A stretch of 28,305 nucleotides of DNA from the NCBI GenBank assembly GCA_031276415.1, contig JAISNF010000396.1, positions 1 to 28,305 of the forward strand. The letters run 5' to 3'. This DNA comes from Planctomycetaceae bacterium. Its GTDB lineage: Bacteria > Planctomycetota > Planctomycetia > Pirellulales > Thermoguttaceae. Positions 7,938-17,211 of the stretch are shown piece after piece. The position numbers and the translations under genes were made by a program. Position 1 is the stretch's first letter, and each line of letters begins with the position of its first letter. Below the pieces are notes generated by a model. That model was not told the origin of the DNA and ran no database searches. It saw nothing but the letters and a program-made list of their open reading frames with translations.

Positions 7938-9509
7938 ATGATTTTTCTTGGAATTGATATTGGGACATCCGGTACGAAAACATTGGCAATTGACGCAAGC
8001 GGTAAAATTCTGGCAAGCGATATTCAGGAATATCCTTGTTTTACGCCCAAACCGCTTTGGAGTGAACAAGAACCCGACGATTGGTGGAACGCAACTGTTA
8101 AAACCGTCAATAATGTTATCAAAAAAGCACGGCTAAAACCTGTTGATGTTAAAGCGATTGGGTTGTCCGGTCAAATGCACGGCAGCGTTTTTCTCGACAA
8201 AAACGACAAGGTAATTCGGCGTGCAATTCTTTGGAATGACCAGCGAACGGTTGCGGAATGTCATGAAATCGAAAAGTCTGTCGAATCGTTTCACTTGGGA
8301 ACATTACCGCAAGGTATGTCATTGGAGTTGGAGTCTGTTAATGGGCGTGAATCGTTAATCCGGTTGGTTGCCAATCCTGCGTTGACGGGTTTTACCGCTC
8401 CAAAAATTCTTTGGCTGAGAAACAACGAACCAAAACATTTCGATAAACTCCGCAAAGTATTACTGCCCAAAGATGAAATTCGCAGGCGTTTGACGGGAGA
8501 ATATGCAACAGAAGTAAGCGATGCCAGCGGAATGCTTTTGCTGGATGTTGCACGCCGGAATTGGTCAACAGAATTACTTTCGGCGTTACAATTAGACATT
8601 GATCTTTTGGGACGCGTGTATGAATCCGAAGATGTTACAGGAAATCTAACCCAAAGTGCCGCAAAACAACTCGGTTTAACAACTGATTGTTTAGTTGTTG
8701 GCGGGGCGGGAGACTGTGCTGCGGGGGCTATTGGTAACGGAATTGTTCAGGAAGGAATTTTATCGACATCTATTGGAACTTCCGGTGTTATGTTTGTGTA
8801 CAGTGATGAGGTAAAAATTGATCCGCTTGGTCGGATTCATACGTTTTGCCATGCGGTTCGTGGAAAATGGCATTTAATGGGAGTCAATTTATCTTCCGGC
8901 GGTTCGCTCCAATGGTTTCGCAATGCTCTTTGTTCGGAACTTGTTGCGGAGGCTAAAAAGAAAAAAGCGGATGTGTACGATTTATTGACTGCTGAAGCGG
9001 AAAAAACACCGGCGGGGAGTGAGGGGTTGTATTTTTTGCCGTATTTAAGCGGCGAGCGGACACCTCATGCGGATCCTTTTGCGCGAGGTTGTTTTGTTGG
9101 TTTAACATTGGCTCATGGTCGCGGGCATCTTGTCCGAAGTATCATGGAAGGTGTAACATATTCTATGCGGGATTCGCTTGAAATTTTTCAGGGTTTGAAT
9201 ATTCCGGTCAAACAAATTCGTGCGTCCGGCGGCGGTTCCAAAAGTCCTTTCTGGCGTCAAATCCAAGCCGATGTATTCGGACAACGTGTTGTTACAATTA
9301 ACTCCGAAGAAGGTCCGGCTTTTGGAGTTGCTTTGCTTGCAGCGGTTGGAGCCGGTGCGTTCAAAAATATTCAGGAAGCCTGCAAAGCGACCATCAAAAT
9401 TGTTAAAGAAACAAAACCAAATCCCAAAACCAAAAAAATGTACGATAAAGCGATGCCGGTTTATCAAAATTTGTACCGTTCACTCAAAGACGATTTCAGA
9501 ACATTGTAA
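7938..9509 (+). CDS. xylB: Xylulokinase (FGGY family carbohydrate kinase)
   Basis: FGGY signatures: [95 protein letters not shown] and [13 protein letters not shown]. Confidence 0.93.
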   Translation: MIFLGIDIGTSGTKTLAIDASGKILASDIQEYPCFTPKPLWSEQEPDDWWNATVKTVNNVIKKARLKPVDVKAIGLSGQMHGSVFLDKNDKVIRRAILWNDQRTVAECHEIEKSVESFHLGTLPQGMSLELESVNGRESLIRLVANPALTGFTAPKILWLRNNEPKHFDKLRKVLLPKDEIRRRLTGEYATEVSDASGMLLLDVARRNWSTELLSALQLDIDLLGRVYESEDVTGNLTQSAAKQLGLTTDCLVVGGAGDCAAGAIGNGIVQEGILSTSIGTSGVMFVYSDEVKIDPLGRIHTFCHAVRGKWHLMGVNLSSGGSLQWFRNALCSELVAEAKKKKADVYDLLTAEAEKTPAGSEGLYFLPYLSGERTPHADPFARGCFVGLTLAHGRGHLVRSIMEGVTYSMRDSLEIFQGLNIPVKQIRASGGGSKSPFWRQIQADVFGQRVVTINSEEGPAFGVALLAAVGAGAFKNIQEACKATIKIVKETKPNPKTKKMYDKAMPVYQNLYRSLKDDFRTL

Positions 9510-9529
9510 ACAATATTGTAAACAATAAG

Positions 9530-9557
9530 GTAGGCAACGTTTTGCCTGAAACGTTGC
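9530..9557 (+). repeat. REP-like element (GTAG + palindrome)
   Basis: GTAG (9530-9533), gcaacgttt, loop tgcctg, aaacgttgc. It is homologous to 255-288 in the opposite orientation and sits just after the xylB stop. Confidence 0.7.
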
Positions 9558-9564
9558 ATCGGTG

Positions 9565-9671
9565 TACTCGCCGATTTAACCCTGTTTACGGGTTTTCGGA
9601 CGAAAATTGAAATCCAACATATTTTAGCAACACAAATTGCCAACCCTTATCTGATTTACAATCGGCGAATA
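9565..9671. mobile_element. Candidate ~107-bp MITE-like element
   Basis: Terminal IRs tactcgccgatt (9565-9576) and aatcggcgaata (9660-9671) match 11/12. The 8-bp direct repeat tcggtgta occurs at 9559-9566 and 9674-9681. Confidence 0.35.
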
Positions 9672-9707
9672 TGTCGGTGTAACGTTTATAGAAAAGGTCG
9701 TTTGAGT

Positions 9708-12700
9708 TTATTGATTTTTTCTATCCGGTTGAGTTGTTCGTTCAAGGAGTCGTTCATTCATTTCCTCAAGTTGTTTGATTAAGCCGAAATGTTGAAGCAA
9801 TGCGGTAATTGCACTGCGGCGATCTGTTTCCCGTGACGGATTTTGCGCCAATTCAAGAGCAATTTCCTTCGCTTCGCGCAAACGGTTGGCGGCAAGATAA
9901 AGATTCGCAAGCAAAATTAACGAATCGGTTTTATCTTTAAGTCCCTTAAAACGAACTTCAAGTTGTTCCGTAACAGAATCAATTTCACCGTATTCACGCA
10001 AGATTTTCAACGCTGTTTCATAAATATAGAAGTCAAGCGCAAAATGTCGGGAATCGTTAAAATATCCGGTATTTTGAATAATTCGCAACGAAATTTTAAC
10101 GGCGTTTTCTTTTTGTTTTTCTCCGGCAACTTGCATTCGATGAAGCAATTCATTTTGAATTTTGCGATCTGAAACAGAAATAACCAACCGATCAAGAAGA
10201 GTTTGCGCATCATTTGCACGTCCCCATTGTTCAAGAATCGGAAGCAGATTGAACGCCTCCTGATCGGAAAGACGATAACCAAGCAACCGATCCAACGCAA
10301 TTTCTGTACGTTGACGGTAATTTTCGTTTTTATTGTTGTTTTCTTTTTCGAGTTGAAGTCCAATATTAGCAACAATAAATTCCCGTGTTTTGGTATCCAG
10401 CGGCGACTTAAATTCCATTTCGTCCAAAACCGAAATCACTTCGCCCCAATATTTTGCTTTGGCTTTGAGCAAGGCAAGAGCAAGCAATTCCGCTGTATCC
10501 GACGGTTCTGACCGGTCAAGTCGTTGTTTTCGTACAGATTCAAGTTGACGTTCCAGCCGCATAAATTCATTTTCCGTTTCTTCCGTTAATCCGGGAATAT
10601 CCGCCAAAACGTTACGTAATAATTCTTCTTGTTCAATAAGTTTGGAAAAATGTTCGTTAAATTTGTTTTTGAAACATGATTGTAAAAGCGATTGTGTTTT
10701 AACGTCGGTTTTAATATTTGTATCAATTTCAGCGTTTTTAATATACGTTTCCATTATTTTCCTGATGACGGCAATTCGGAAAAAGATTTCCTGAAACGGC
10801 GAAAGCGGAGCATAATAAATTTTATTTTGAAGTACGGACTGCAATAATGTACGATCAACAACACGTTGTCCAATCAATTCCGGTTGATAATTAAGAAGCG
10901 GTTTGGGCAATGGCGGAAGTTCCTTGTTTTTCAGAATATTCTGAGCGGCTGGAGTTTCTTGTGCGGAAATTGAAGACGGCAAAATATAATTCCGAAACGT
11001 TATAGTCCATTCCGCAAGAATATTGAGTTCGTGTTCCAATTCGCTAATTTGGCGAATATGTTCCGAGCGAAGAATACGCCGGTTCGGTTCCATTTCCAAA
11101 CCAAGTACACGGCGAACAAGACGGGCTTTGGATGTCTGATTGCCGGTGCTAATCAAATTTCGCAACAATTCCGTCGGCATCTCCAACACTTCACGTTCAC
11201 GGTTATCAAAAAAATCGCAACGACCAAACCGAACCGGTTTCAAAAGAGAACAAAGTGATTTCATCGCCGCATCGCAAAGTAATTGCCGCTGTTCAAAATG
11301 AAATGTTTTATTTTGTAACTGCTCATTTTGTAAGTGTTCGTTTTGTAACAGTTCATTTTGTAACAGTTCATTTTCGTTCTGAAATTCAGCGGCGTTGAGA
11401 ATCCACGTCTTCATGCGTTCCAATTGTTTTTCAAGCGAATCGTAACCGGAAATCGCAAGAAAAAGAATCGTGTCATTATCGTACAAAATACCAAGTTCAT
11501 CGGCAATAGCGGCAAGAAAAACCGGATTTCGTTGAGCGGCTTGTTCTAAAGTTGTTTTCAGACGGGCAATATCCGTTTTACGTTCTGTTGTTTTTAGAAT
11601 CCAAACAAGCATCGGACATCGAGGGGCAATTTTTTGTTCAAAAATTTTAATTTGTTCCGCATCTTCACTCGTCGCCAAGGTTTCCCAAATTTCAAGGAGC
11701 CGATCAATTTTTTGATTGATCGTCAACGAATCATTGTTTTTTGAAGAATTTACCGAAGAATTTAGCGAAGAATTTTTCGGAACATTATTATTTTTCGGAG
11801 AATTATTTTCTGCGGCGATTTTTGTTTTTTCAAATTCTGCTTTTTCAAATTCTGTTTTTTCAAATTCTGCTTTTTCAAATTCTGCTTTTTTAAACGCTTG
11901 TTGTATCAGATATTCGGCAAATTGAATGAGTTGCGAACGGAGAGCCGGCAAAGGCGGCGGTAAACCGCGTCGTTGACGACAATTTTCGTCCAGAATTTCT
12001 CCGAGTTTTTGTTCGAGTAATTGTTTGTTTCCGGTCATATCGGCAAATCGTGTTGCGATTTTTTCGTCCAGAATTTCTGCCAAAAGAATTTGAAACGCCG
12101 CAAGTTGCCAATCTGTTTCGCCGTTAAAACCAAGATTACGAACATTTTTCCAGATTATTCTGTTACAAAGATCACGATCAATCTGAAATTTTAAGGTTCC
12201 GTTTGCCAAAGAGTTTCGACCATTATCAAGTTGACAGAGATCAAGCAGAAGAATTTCGAAACGAATTTGTTCCAACGGCGCATCATTCGCCGCATTTTCA
12301 ACGGACAAAAGTTGCCGGATTTTCTCGACAGTTTTTCGAAAGTTAATAAATTTGTTCGGGTCTGATTCTGTAACATTTGAATCGATTGTGTTTGAATTAT
12401 TTGAATGAGTTGTCCGCGAATTAACATCATTTGAATTAATTGTATCAGAATTATTAACATTCTTCAAATCTTGTTCAATTGCCTCTTTGAGCAACCAGCC
12501 GAGAACCAGAAATCGCGCATCACGAAATGAATTGACTTTAAGAAACGGTTTCGGCGGCAATATTTCTGTGTTGTGTTTCAAAAAACGTTCATTGTAACGC
12601 AAACGATTTCGGAACAATGTTGAAAAAAATTCACGCTGCAAACGAAGTGAAGTTAAAAATTCGGCGGGTGCGGAGTCTGCAAATTCAAATGAATTTTGAA

Positions 12701-15700
12701 TTTTTGAATCAAGATTGCCCGGCAATAACCATGCGGAGGAAACGGAATTGATTGTTCCGAATGTTTCCGGTGTTGTGTTGGCGGGCGATGCCGGAAAGGA
12801 CAGAGAGCGAAATTCCATAACGGATTCTGTAACAGATTGACCGCCAAGATATGAATCAACCGCAATACGGCGAAACGGAATTTCCCAGTTTTCTGTTTCG
12901 TGAATTTCAAGAAAACTCAAAACTTGTTTGACCGTATCGTATTGTTCGCGACCAATCATCAAATCAATATCTTCGAGTTGATCTTGCAAATCCGCTTTCT
13001 GAAGAATACGGCTAAGAAATAATTTATCGGCATTTTTCGTATCACCCGCCTGAACATAAAGTTCAAACAATTTATTTGTTTCAAAATTATCTTTGGTTAG
13101 TTGACAAAGTTTTTCCTGATACCGAACCGCCGCATTCAAATCGTTTTGCTTTTCCGCAACGGAAACGAGTTCTTTCAACAGAATGGAATCATGAGAAGCG
13201 GTCGTGTGATCAACCTGCATATCAAGGAGATTTTCAAGTGTTTGACGTGCAGCATCGAAATCGGAAATGATCGTCTGAACTCTGGCAAGCCCAAACATCG
13301 CTTCGTGTTTTTTATTATCGGAACGTATTCGTTTTTGAAGATTTTCTATCAAATTGTCAACTTGACCGGAACGTTGATAATAATCTGCCAATGTTTCAAT
13401 AATTGATAATTGAGCGGATAATTGATCGGTTTGTTCAAAAAGCCGCCAGGTCATTTCAATCGCTTCGTCATTCCGACCGATGTTTGCCAATGTTTGTGCG
13501 AGAAGTGTAAGTGTTGCAATATCACCCGGTTCTATTCGTAACGCCTGACGCAAAATATTGATTCCCTCTTCATAATTACCGATACTTAAAAGCAAATCGG
13601 CGTAAAACCGAAAATGAGCCGGATTACCGGACGCAATTCCAATTAATGTACGGCTTGTTTCAATAGCGTGATCAATGTATCCCAATTTAAGTTGCAGCAA
13701 TGCCAAATGTTTCAAATGATCGGCACGCCATACGGTATCACGTTCCGCAAGAATTTTGTACAATTCAACGGATTTTTCGCCGTTACCATTTTGCTCAAAC
13801 AGTTCAGCGGCAACACGAAGCAAGCGATAATTGGACGGTTGCGCAACAGCCAACGCTTTTTCAATAGCAAGCGTCGCCGCATGACTTTTGACTTCCGCCT
13901 GACGATAAACCGCAAGACGCCAAAACGCACGAATAAGCAAAACGGATTTATTTTTATCGTTACTATTTTGTATCTCGTCGATTTGTTGTTCAAGAATTTC
14001 GGTTGCTTGGGCGAGTTTTTGTGCCGATTTCAGAAACCGAACTTCCTGTTGCAAAAACGATTCAAATTGTTCTTCCGTTTCAATAAGATGTTCCGCCTGC
14101 GTCAATCGGTGAACCGCCGCTTCCATATCGTCCGGCTGACCTCTTCTGATTAACGCTTCAATAAATTGCCGCTGTGCCTGTAAATCATTCGGAAAAAGTT
14201 CGGCAATACGCTGAAATGTTTCAAATGATTCCGTAACATAACCAAGCGACAAAAATAAATTTCCTAATTGTGTTAGATTTTCGGAAGTTTGCTTTTGGTT
14301 TTCCGCAAGCGGACGCAATATTTCAAGAGCCTTTTCTTTTTGTCCGCGACCATGATAAAATATCGCCAGATATTCCCGATACGAAAAATCGTCCGGTCGT
14401 AATTCCATTCCCCGACGATAAAACTTTTCCGCCTCGTCATAAATTTTGTTGCGAAATAAAAGATCGGCAACGGTTATTGCCGCAACAGGATTGTCCGAAT
14501 CGGCGTCAACTATTTTCGTCCAGATTTTTACCGATTCCGTTTTACGTGTTGATTCGTCTCTCTCCGTATCTTGAAAAACAAGTTGCCCCCAACGCGAAAG
14601 ATAATCCGTATTGTTTGGAGCAAGTTGATTAATCGTTTCATATTGAGCAACAGCAGCCGCAATCTCTTTTTGTTCCGTTAAAAAGTCTATCAATGTTAAA
14701 CGCAACGGAATATTAGACGGTATTTTTTCGATTGTTACATTAAGCAATTTTCGTGCTTCATCGTGTTGTTTGAGTTGCCGCAACATTAAAGCCAAACGGC
14801 GGACGGATTCAAAATCAGTCGGATGTTTTTCAATTCGTTTACGATAAAATTCCGCCAAACCTGTTTCATTATTTTTTCGCACAAAAATCCGATCAATCCG
14901 GTTTCGCACCGATTCGGCAAGCCAACTATCCGGCGCAAGACGATCAAGCAATGTTTCCAAATCATTAAGAGCGGCTTGTTCATGACCTTGTTGCAGTTTA
15001 ATATCAACAATGGCTAACATAAAACGAAGACGAGAAAATTCATCGTCAGATTTCGTAACTAGTTTTTCGTATCGTTTTAAGGCTTCACTGTAACGGTTTT
15101 CCGATTCCAGAAGTTCCGCAATTTGAACAAGCATTTCAGCATCATCGGGAAAGAGTTCTTCCAATTGATTCCAGATGTTTTCCGACTTTTTGGAATCGCC
15201 AAACCGTTCATAAGCCCGCCCCAATGTTTGTAACACATTTCGAATATCCGCACGCTGCGGTTTACGTTGTACAGAAATTTCCAATGCGTTAATTGCTTCG
15301 CGCAACCGTCCTTGAGCAATCCGAATTTCGCCAAGATAAAACGGCGCAACAGAATCTTCGGTATTGAGTTGAACCGCCGTTTGAAAAGCCTGAGCCGCCT
15401 GTTCCATTTCGCCGTGCCGTTCCGACGCCAAACCGTACAATATCCACGATTTATTTTGTTGCGGATTTTGCACAGTGAGATTTCGGCAACGCTCAAGGAA
15501 TTGCTCAACGTGTCCGGTATCAATGTAATAAGTATAAACACGATCAAACGTCGTTCCTCGACGCGGTGATTTAACCAGAATTTCCCAAAACCGTTCAATT
15601 ATTCGCTGCTCCCGATCTGCCTGTTCCTCCGCAACTGACAGCATTGTAACAGAAAATGTTACAACAGAACAAAAACACAGAATAAAAAACCAAAACGTCC

Positions 15701-15776
15701 AATAAATATTGTGATGTTTATTGGTTTGAGTAACTTGGTTGGTTTGAATTATGTAATTATTCAGTCGAATGTTCAT
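9708..15776 (-). CDS. Very large (2022 aa) tetratricopeptide-repeat protein with an N-terminal signal/anchor
   Basis: Long single ORF with a hydrophobic N-terminal segment (YWTFWFFILCFCSVVTFSV). It has many TPR-like helical repeats (e.g. APFYLGEIRIAQGRLREAINALEISVQRKP, RFYADLLLSIGNYEEGINILRQALRIEPGD) and low-complexity linkers with 15-nt tandem repeats. Confidence 0.85.
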   Translation of the reverse strand: MNIRLNNYIIQTNQVTQTNKHHNIYWTFWFFILCFCSVVTFSVTMLSVAEEQADREQRIIERFWEILVKSPRRGTTFDRVYTYYIDTGHVEQFLERCRNLTVQNPQQNKSWILYGLASERHGEMEQAAQAFQTAVQLNTEDSVAPFYLGEIRIAQGRLREAINALEISVQRKPQRADIRNVLQTLGRAYERFGDSKKSENIWNQLEELFPDDAEMLVQIAELLESENRYSEALKRYEKLVTKSDDEFSRLRFMLAIVDIKLQQGHEQAALNDLETLLDRLAPDSWLAESVRNRIDRIFVRKNNETGLAEFYRKRIEKHPTDFESVRRLALMLRQLKQHDEARKLLNVTIEKIPSNIPLRLTLIDFLTEQKEIAAAVAQYETINQLAPNNTDYLSRWGQLVFQDTERDESTRKTESVKIWTKIVDADSDNPVAAITVADLLFRNKIYDEAEKFYRRGMELRPDDFSYREYLAIFYHGRGQKEKALEILRPLAENQKQTSENLTQLGNLFLSLGYVTESFETFQRIAELFPNDLQAQRQFIEALIRRGQPDDMEAAVHRLTQAEHLIETEEQFESFLQQEVRFLKSAQKLAQATEILEQQIDEIQNSNDKNKSVLLIRAFWRLAVYRQAEVKSHAATLAIEKALAVAQPSNYRLLRVAAELFEQNGNGEKSVELYKILAERDTVWRADHLKHLALLQLKLGYIDHAIETSRTLIGIASGNPAHFRFYADLLLSIGNYEEGINILRQALRIEPGDIATLTLLAQTLANIGRNDEAIEMTWRLFEQTDQLSAQLSIIETLADYYQRSGQVDNLIENLQKRIRSDNKKHEAMFGLARVQTIISDFDAARQTLENLLDMQVDHTTASHDSILLKELVSVAEKQNDLNAAVRYQEKLCQLTKDNFETNKLFELYVQAGDTKNADKLFLSRILQKADLQDQLEDIDLMIGREQYDTVKQVLSFLEIHETENWEIPFRRIAVDSYLGGQSVTESVMEFRSLSFPASPANTTPETFGTINSVSSAWLLPGNLDSKIQNSFEFADSAPAEFLTSLRLQREFFSTLFRNRLRYNERFLKHNTEILPPKPFLKVNSFRDARFLVLGWLLKEAIEQDLKNVNNSDTINSNDVNSRTTHSNNSNTIDSNVTESDPNKFINFRKTVEKIRQLLSVENAANDAPLEQIRFEILLLDLCQLDNGRNSLANGTLKFQIDRDLCNRIIWKNVRNLGFNGETDWQLAAFQILLAEILDEKIATRFADMTGNKQLLEQKLGEILDENCRQRRGLPPPLPALRSQLIQFAEYLIQQAFKKAEFEKAEFEKTEFEKAEFEKTKIAAENNSPKNNNVPKNSSLNSSVNSSKNNDSLTINQKIDRLLEIWETLATSEDAEQIKIFEQKIAPRCPMLVWILKTTERKTDIARLKTTLEQAAQRNPVFLAAIADELGILYDNDTILFLAISGYDSLEKQLERMKTWILNAAEFQNENELLQNELLQNEHLQNEQLQNKTFHFEQRQLLCDAAMKSLCSLLKPVRFGRCDFFDNREREVLEMPTELLRNLISTGNQTSKARLVRRVLGLEMEPNRRILRSEHIRQISELEHELNILAEWTITFRNYILPSSISAQETPAAQNILKNKELPPLPKPLLNYQPELIGQRVVDRTLLQSVLQNKIYYAPLSPFQEIFFRIAVIRKIMETYIKNAEIDTNIKTDVKTQSLLQSCFKNKFNEHFSKLIEQEELLRNVLADIPGLTEETENEFMRLERQLESVRKQRLDRSEPSDTAELLALALLKAKAKYWGEVISVLDEMEFKSPLDTKTREFIVANIGLQLEKENNNKNENYRQRTEIALDRLLGYRLSDQEAFNLLPILEQWGRANDAQTLLDRLVISVSDRKIQNELLHRMQVAGEKQKENAVKISLRIIQNTGYFNDSRHFALDFYIYETALKILREYGEIDSVTEQLEVRFKGLKDKTDSLILLANLYLAANRLREAKEIALELAQNPSRETDRRSAITALLQHFGLIKQLEEMNERLLERTTQPDRKNQ

Positions 15777-15826
15777 AAATAATTGATTTCATTTATTTAC
15801 AGTTGGAAATTAAGACGGAAACAAAG

Positions 15827-15906
15827 AATTGTCCGCAGAGAACACAAATAAACACAGATTATTTTCAAAAATTATCTGCGATTATCAACGTCATCTGCGG
15901 ACAATT
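15827..15906. repeat. Family A palindromic element, copy 3
   Basis: Perfect 13-bp terminal IR aattgtccgcaga / tctgcggacaatt, located between coaD and the TPR gene. Confidence 0.8.
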
Positions 15907-15940
15907 ATTGTACGCATTCATCAAAAAGTCAATTCTCATT

Positions 15941-16441
15941 TTATTTTACACGAACCATTTGAATTCGTTCTAATACTTTTCCGACAATTGGTTTCGGTAA
16001 AAAATTGGTGAATGTCGCTTCATCGGCAATTGGAGCGATTTCTTTAATAAGCGAACTGGAAACATGCGCCAGTTCGCCGTCCGCAATCATAAAAAGTGTT
16101 TCAATATCTGGAGCCAAACGACGGTTTGCCATCATCATCGTCAACTCAGCAGGAATATCCGTGATCGGACGCACTCCGCGAATCATAATCTTCGCTCCTG
16201 ATTGTTGTACAAATTTAACCGTCAACCCCTGATAAGTAACCACTTTAATATTGTTCAGATGAGGCGTTGAAAGCCGAATCAACTCAACCCGCTCATCCGC
16301 TGAAAAAAGCGGCTGCTTTTCCAAATTAACACCAACTCCAATAACCAAATATTCAAAAAGCCGGCTTGCCCGCTGGACAATATCAAGATGCCCCAACGTA
16401 AACGGATCAAATGAACCCGGATAAACTGCCCAAAATTTCAT
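15941..16441 (-). CDS. coaD: Phosphopantetheine adenylyltransferase
   Basis: AVYPGSFDPFTLGHLDIVQRASRLF (HxGH motif), MIRGVR, NRRLAPDIETLFM and HVSSSLIKEIA; 166 aa. Confidence 0.97.
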   Translation of the reverse strand: MKFWAVYPGSFDPFTLGHLDIVQRASRLFEYLVIGVGVNLEKQPLFSADERVELIRLSTPHLNNIKVVTYQGLTVKFVQQSGAKIMIRGVRPITDIPAELTMMMANRRLAPDIETLFMIADGELAHVSSSLIKEIAPIADEATFTNFLPKPIVGKVLERIQMVRVK

Positions 16442-16481
16442 TGATTGTAAAACCCTTTTATGAAAAAATTAAATTATTTAT

Positions 16482-17199
16482 GGTAACTTCTAATACCCGT
16501 TTTTTTATTTAACCACTTTATTTAACCACAGAGAACACAGAGTAAATTTTTAATTGGAATCAAAATGTTATTTAATATCATACTTCTCACATTTGACAAT
16601 TCGGTTTGCGTTTTTGAACAAAATCAACAAATTTCGACGGGATTAACAGAATTTACAAGATTGGCAAATAGAATATTCCAGGTGATATTTTCTAACAAAA
16701 CCGACTTTTAAAGTGTAATGAGTACATAATTAACTTGTAACCGTTCACGGCTATTTAAAAAAGTTGGTGTTTTTTTATTTGTAACTATTCAGTGGAATTT
16801 ACGAAAACGTATTGTCATTGTTTCAACAAACCTCATTTTTACCTAATTTTTCTTAACAAAACAACCTCAGTAGCAAAAAATCATAAAAAATCCGACCTCA
16901 TTACCTCATTAAAAATATTCATAATAAATGAGGTAATGAGGTTGTTGTGTGTTATCTTCATTTGGCTACTGAGGTTTTTTTGGTGAATCGTTTTGTTAGG
17001 AAAAATTAGGTTGAAATGAGGTTATCGAAGATAAACACGAAACCATTGAGGCAATTCTATGGAATCGTTATAAATTCAGCTGTGAACGGTTACATTAACT
17101 TTTGATCTAAAATAACTTTTTAAAATTAAATTTTCTTCTCTGTGAACTCTGTGGTTAAATATTCTGCGTTAAATAAAAAAGCGGTTATTAGAAGTTACC
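16482..17199. mobile_element. ~720-bp multi-layer nested palindrome of non-autonomous elements
   Basis: Six concentric IR pairs: 16482-16542/17138-17199, 16736-16752/17078-17094, 16777-16799/17053-17075, 16829-16862/16990-17023, 16863-16874/16965-16976 and 16895-16911/16927-16943. Confidence 0.75.
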
Positions 17200-17211
17200 T
17201 TTATAAATTCG

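Noticed and set aside
16482-17199. AAC...GTT termini as integron attC sites
   Set aside because: The flanks (GGTAAC/GTTACC, TGTAAC/GTTACA) do not fit RYYYAAC/GTTRRRY, the neighbours are housekeeping genes rather than cassettes, and there is no integrase.
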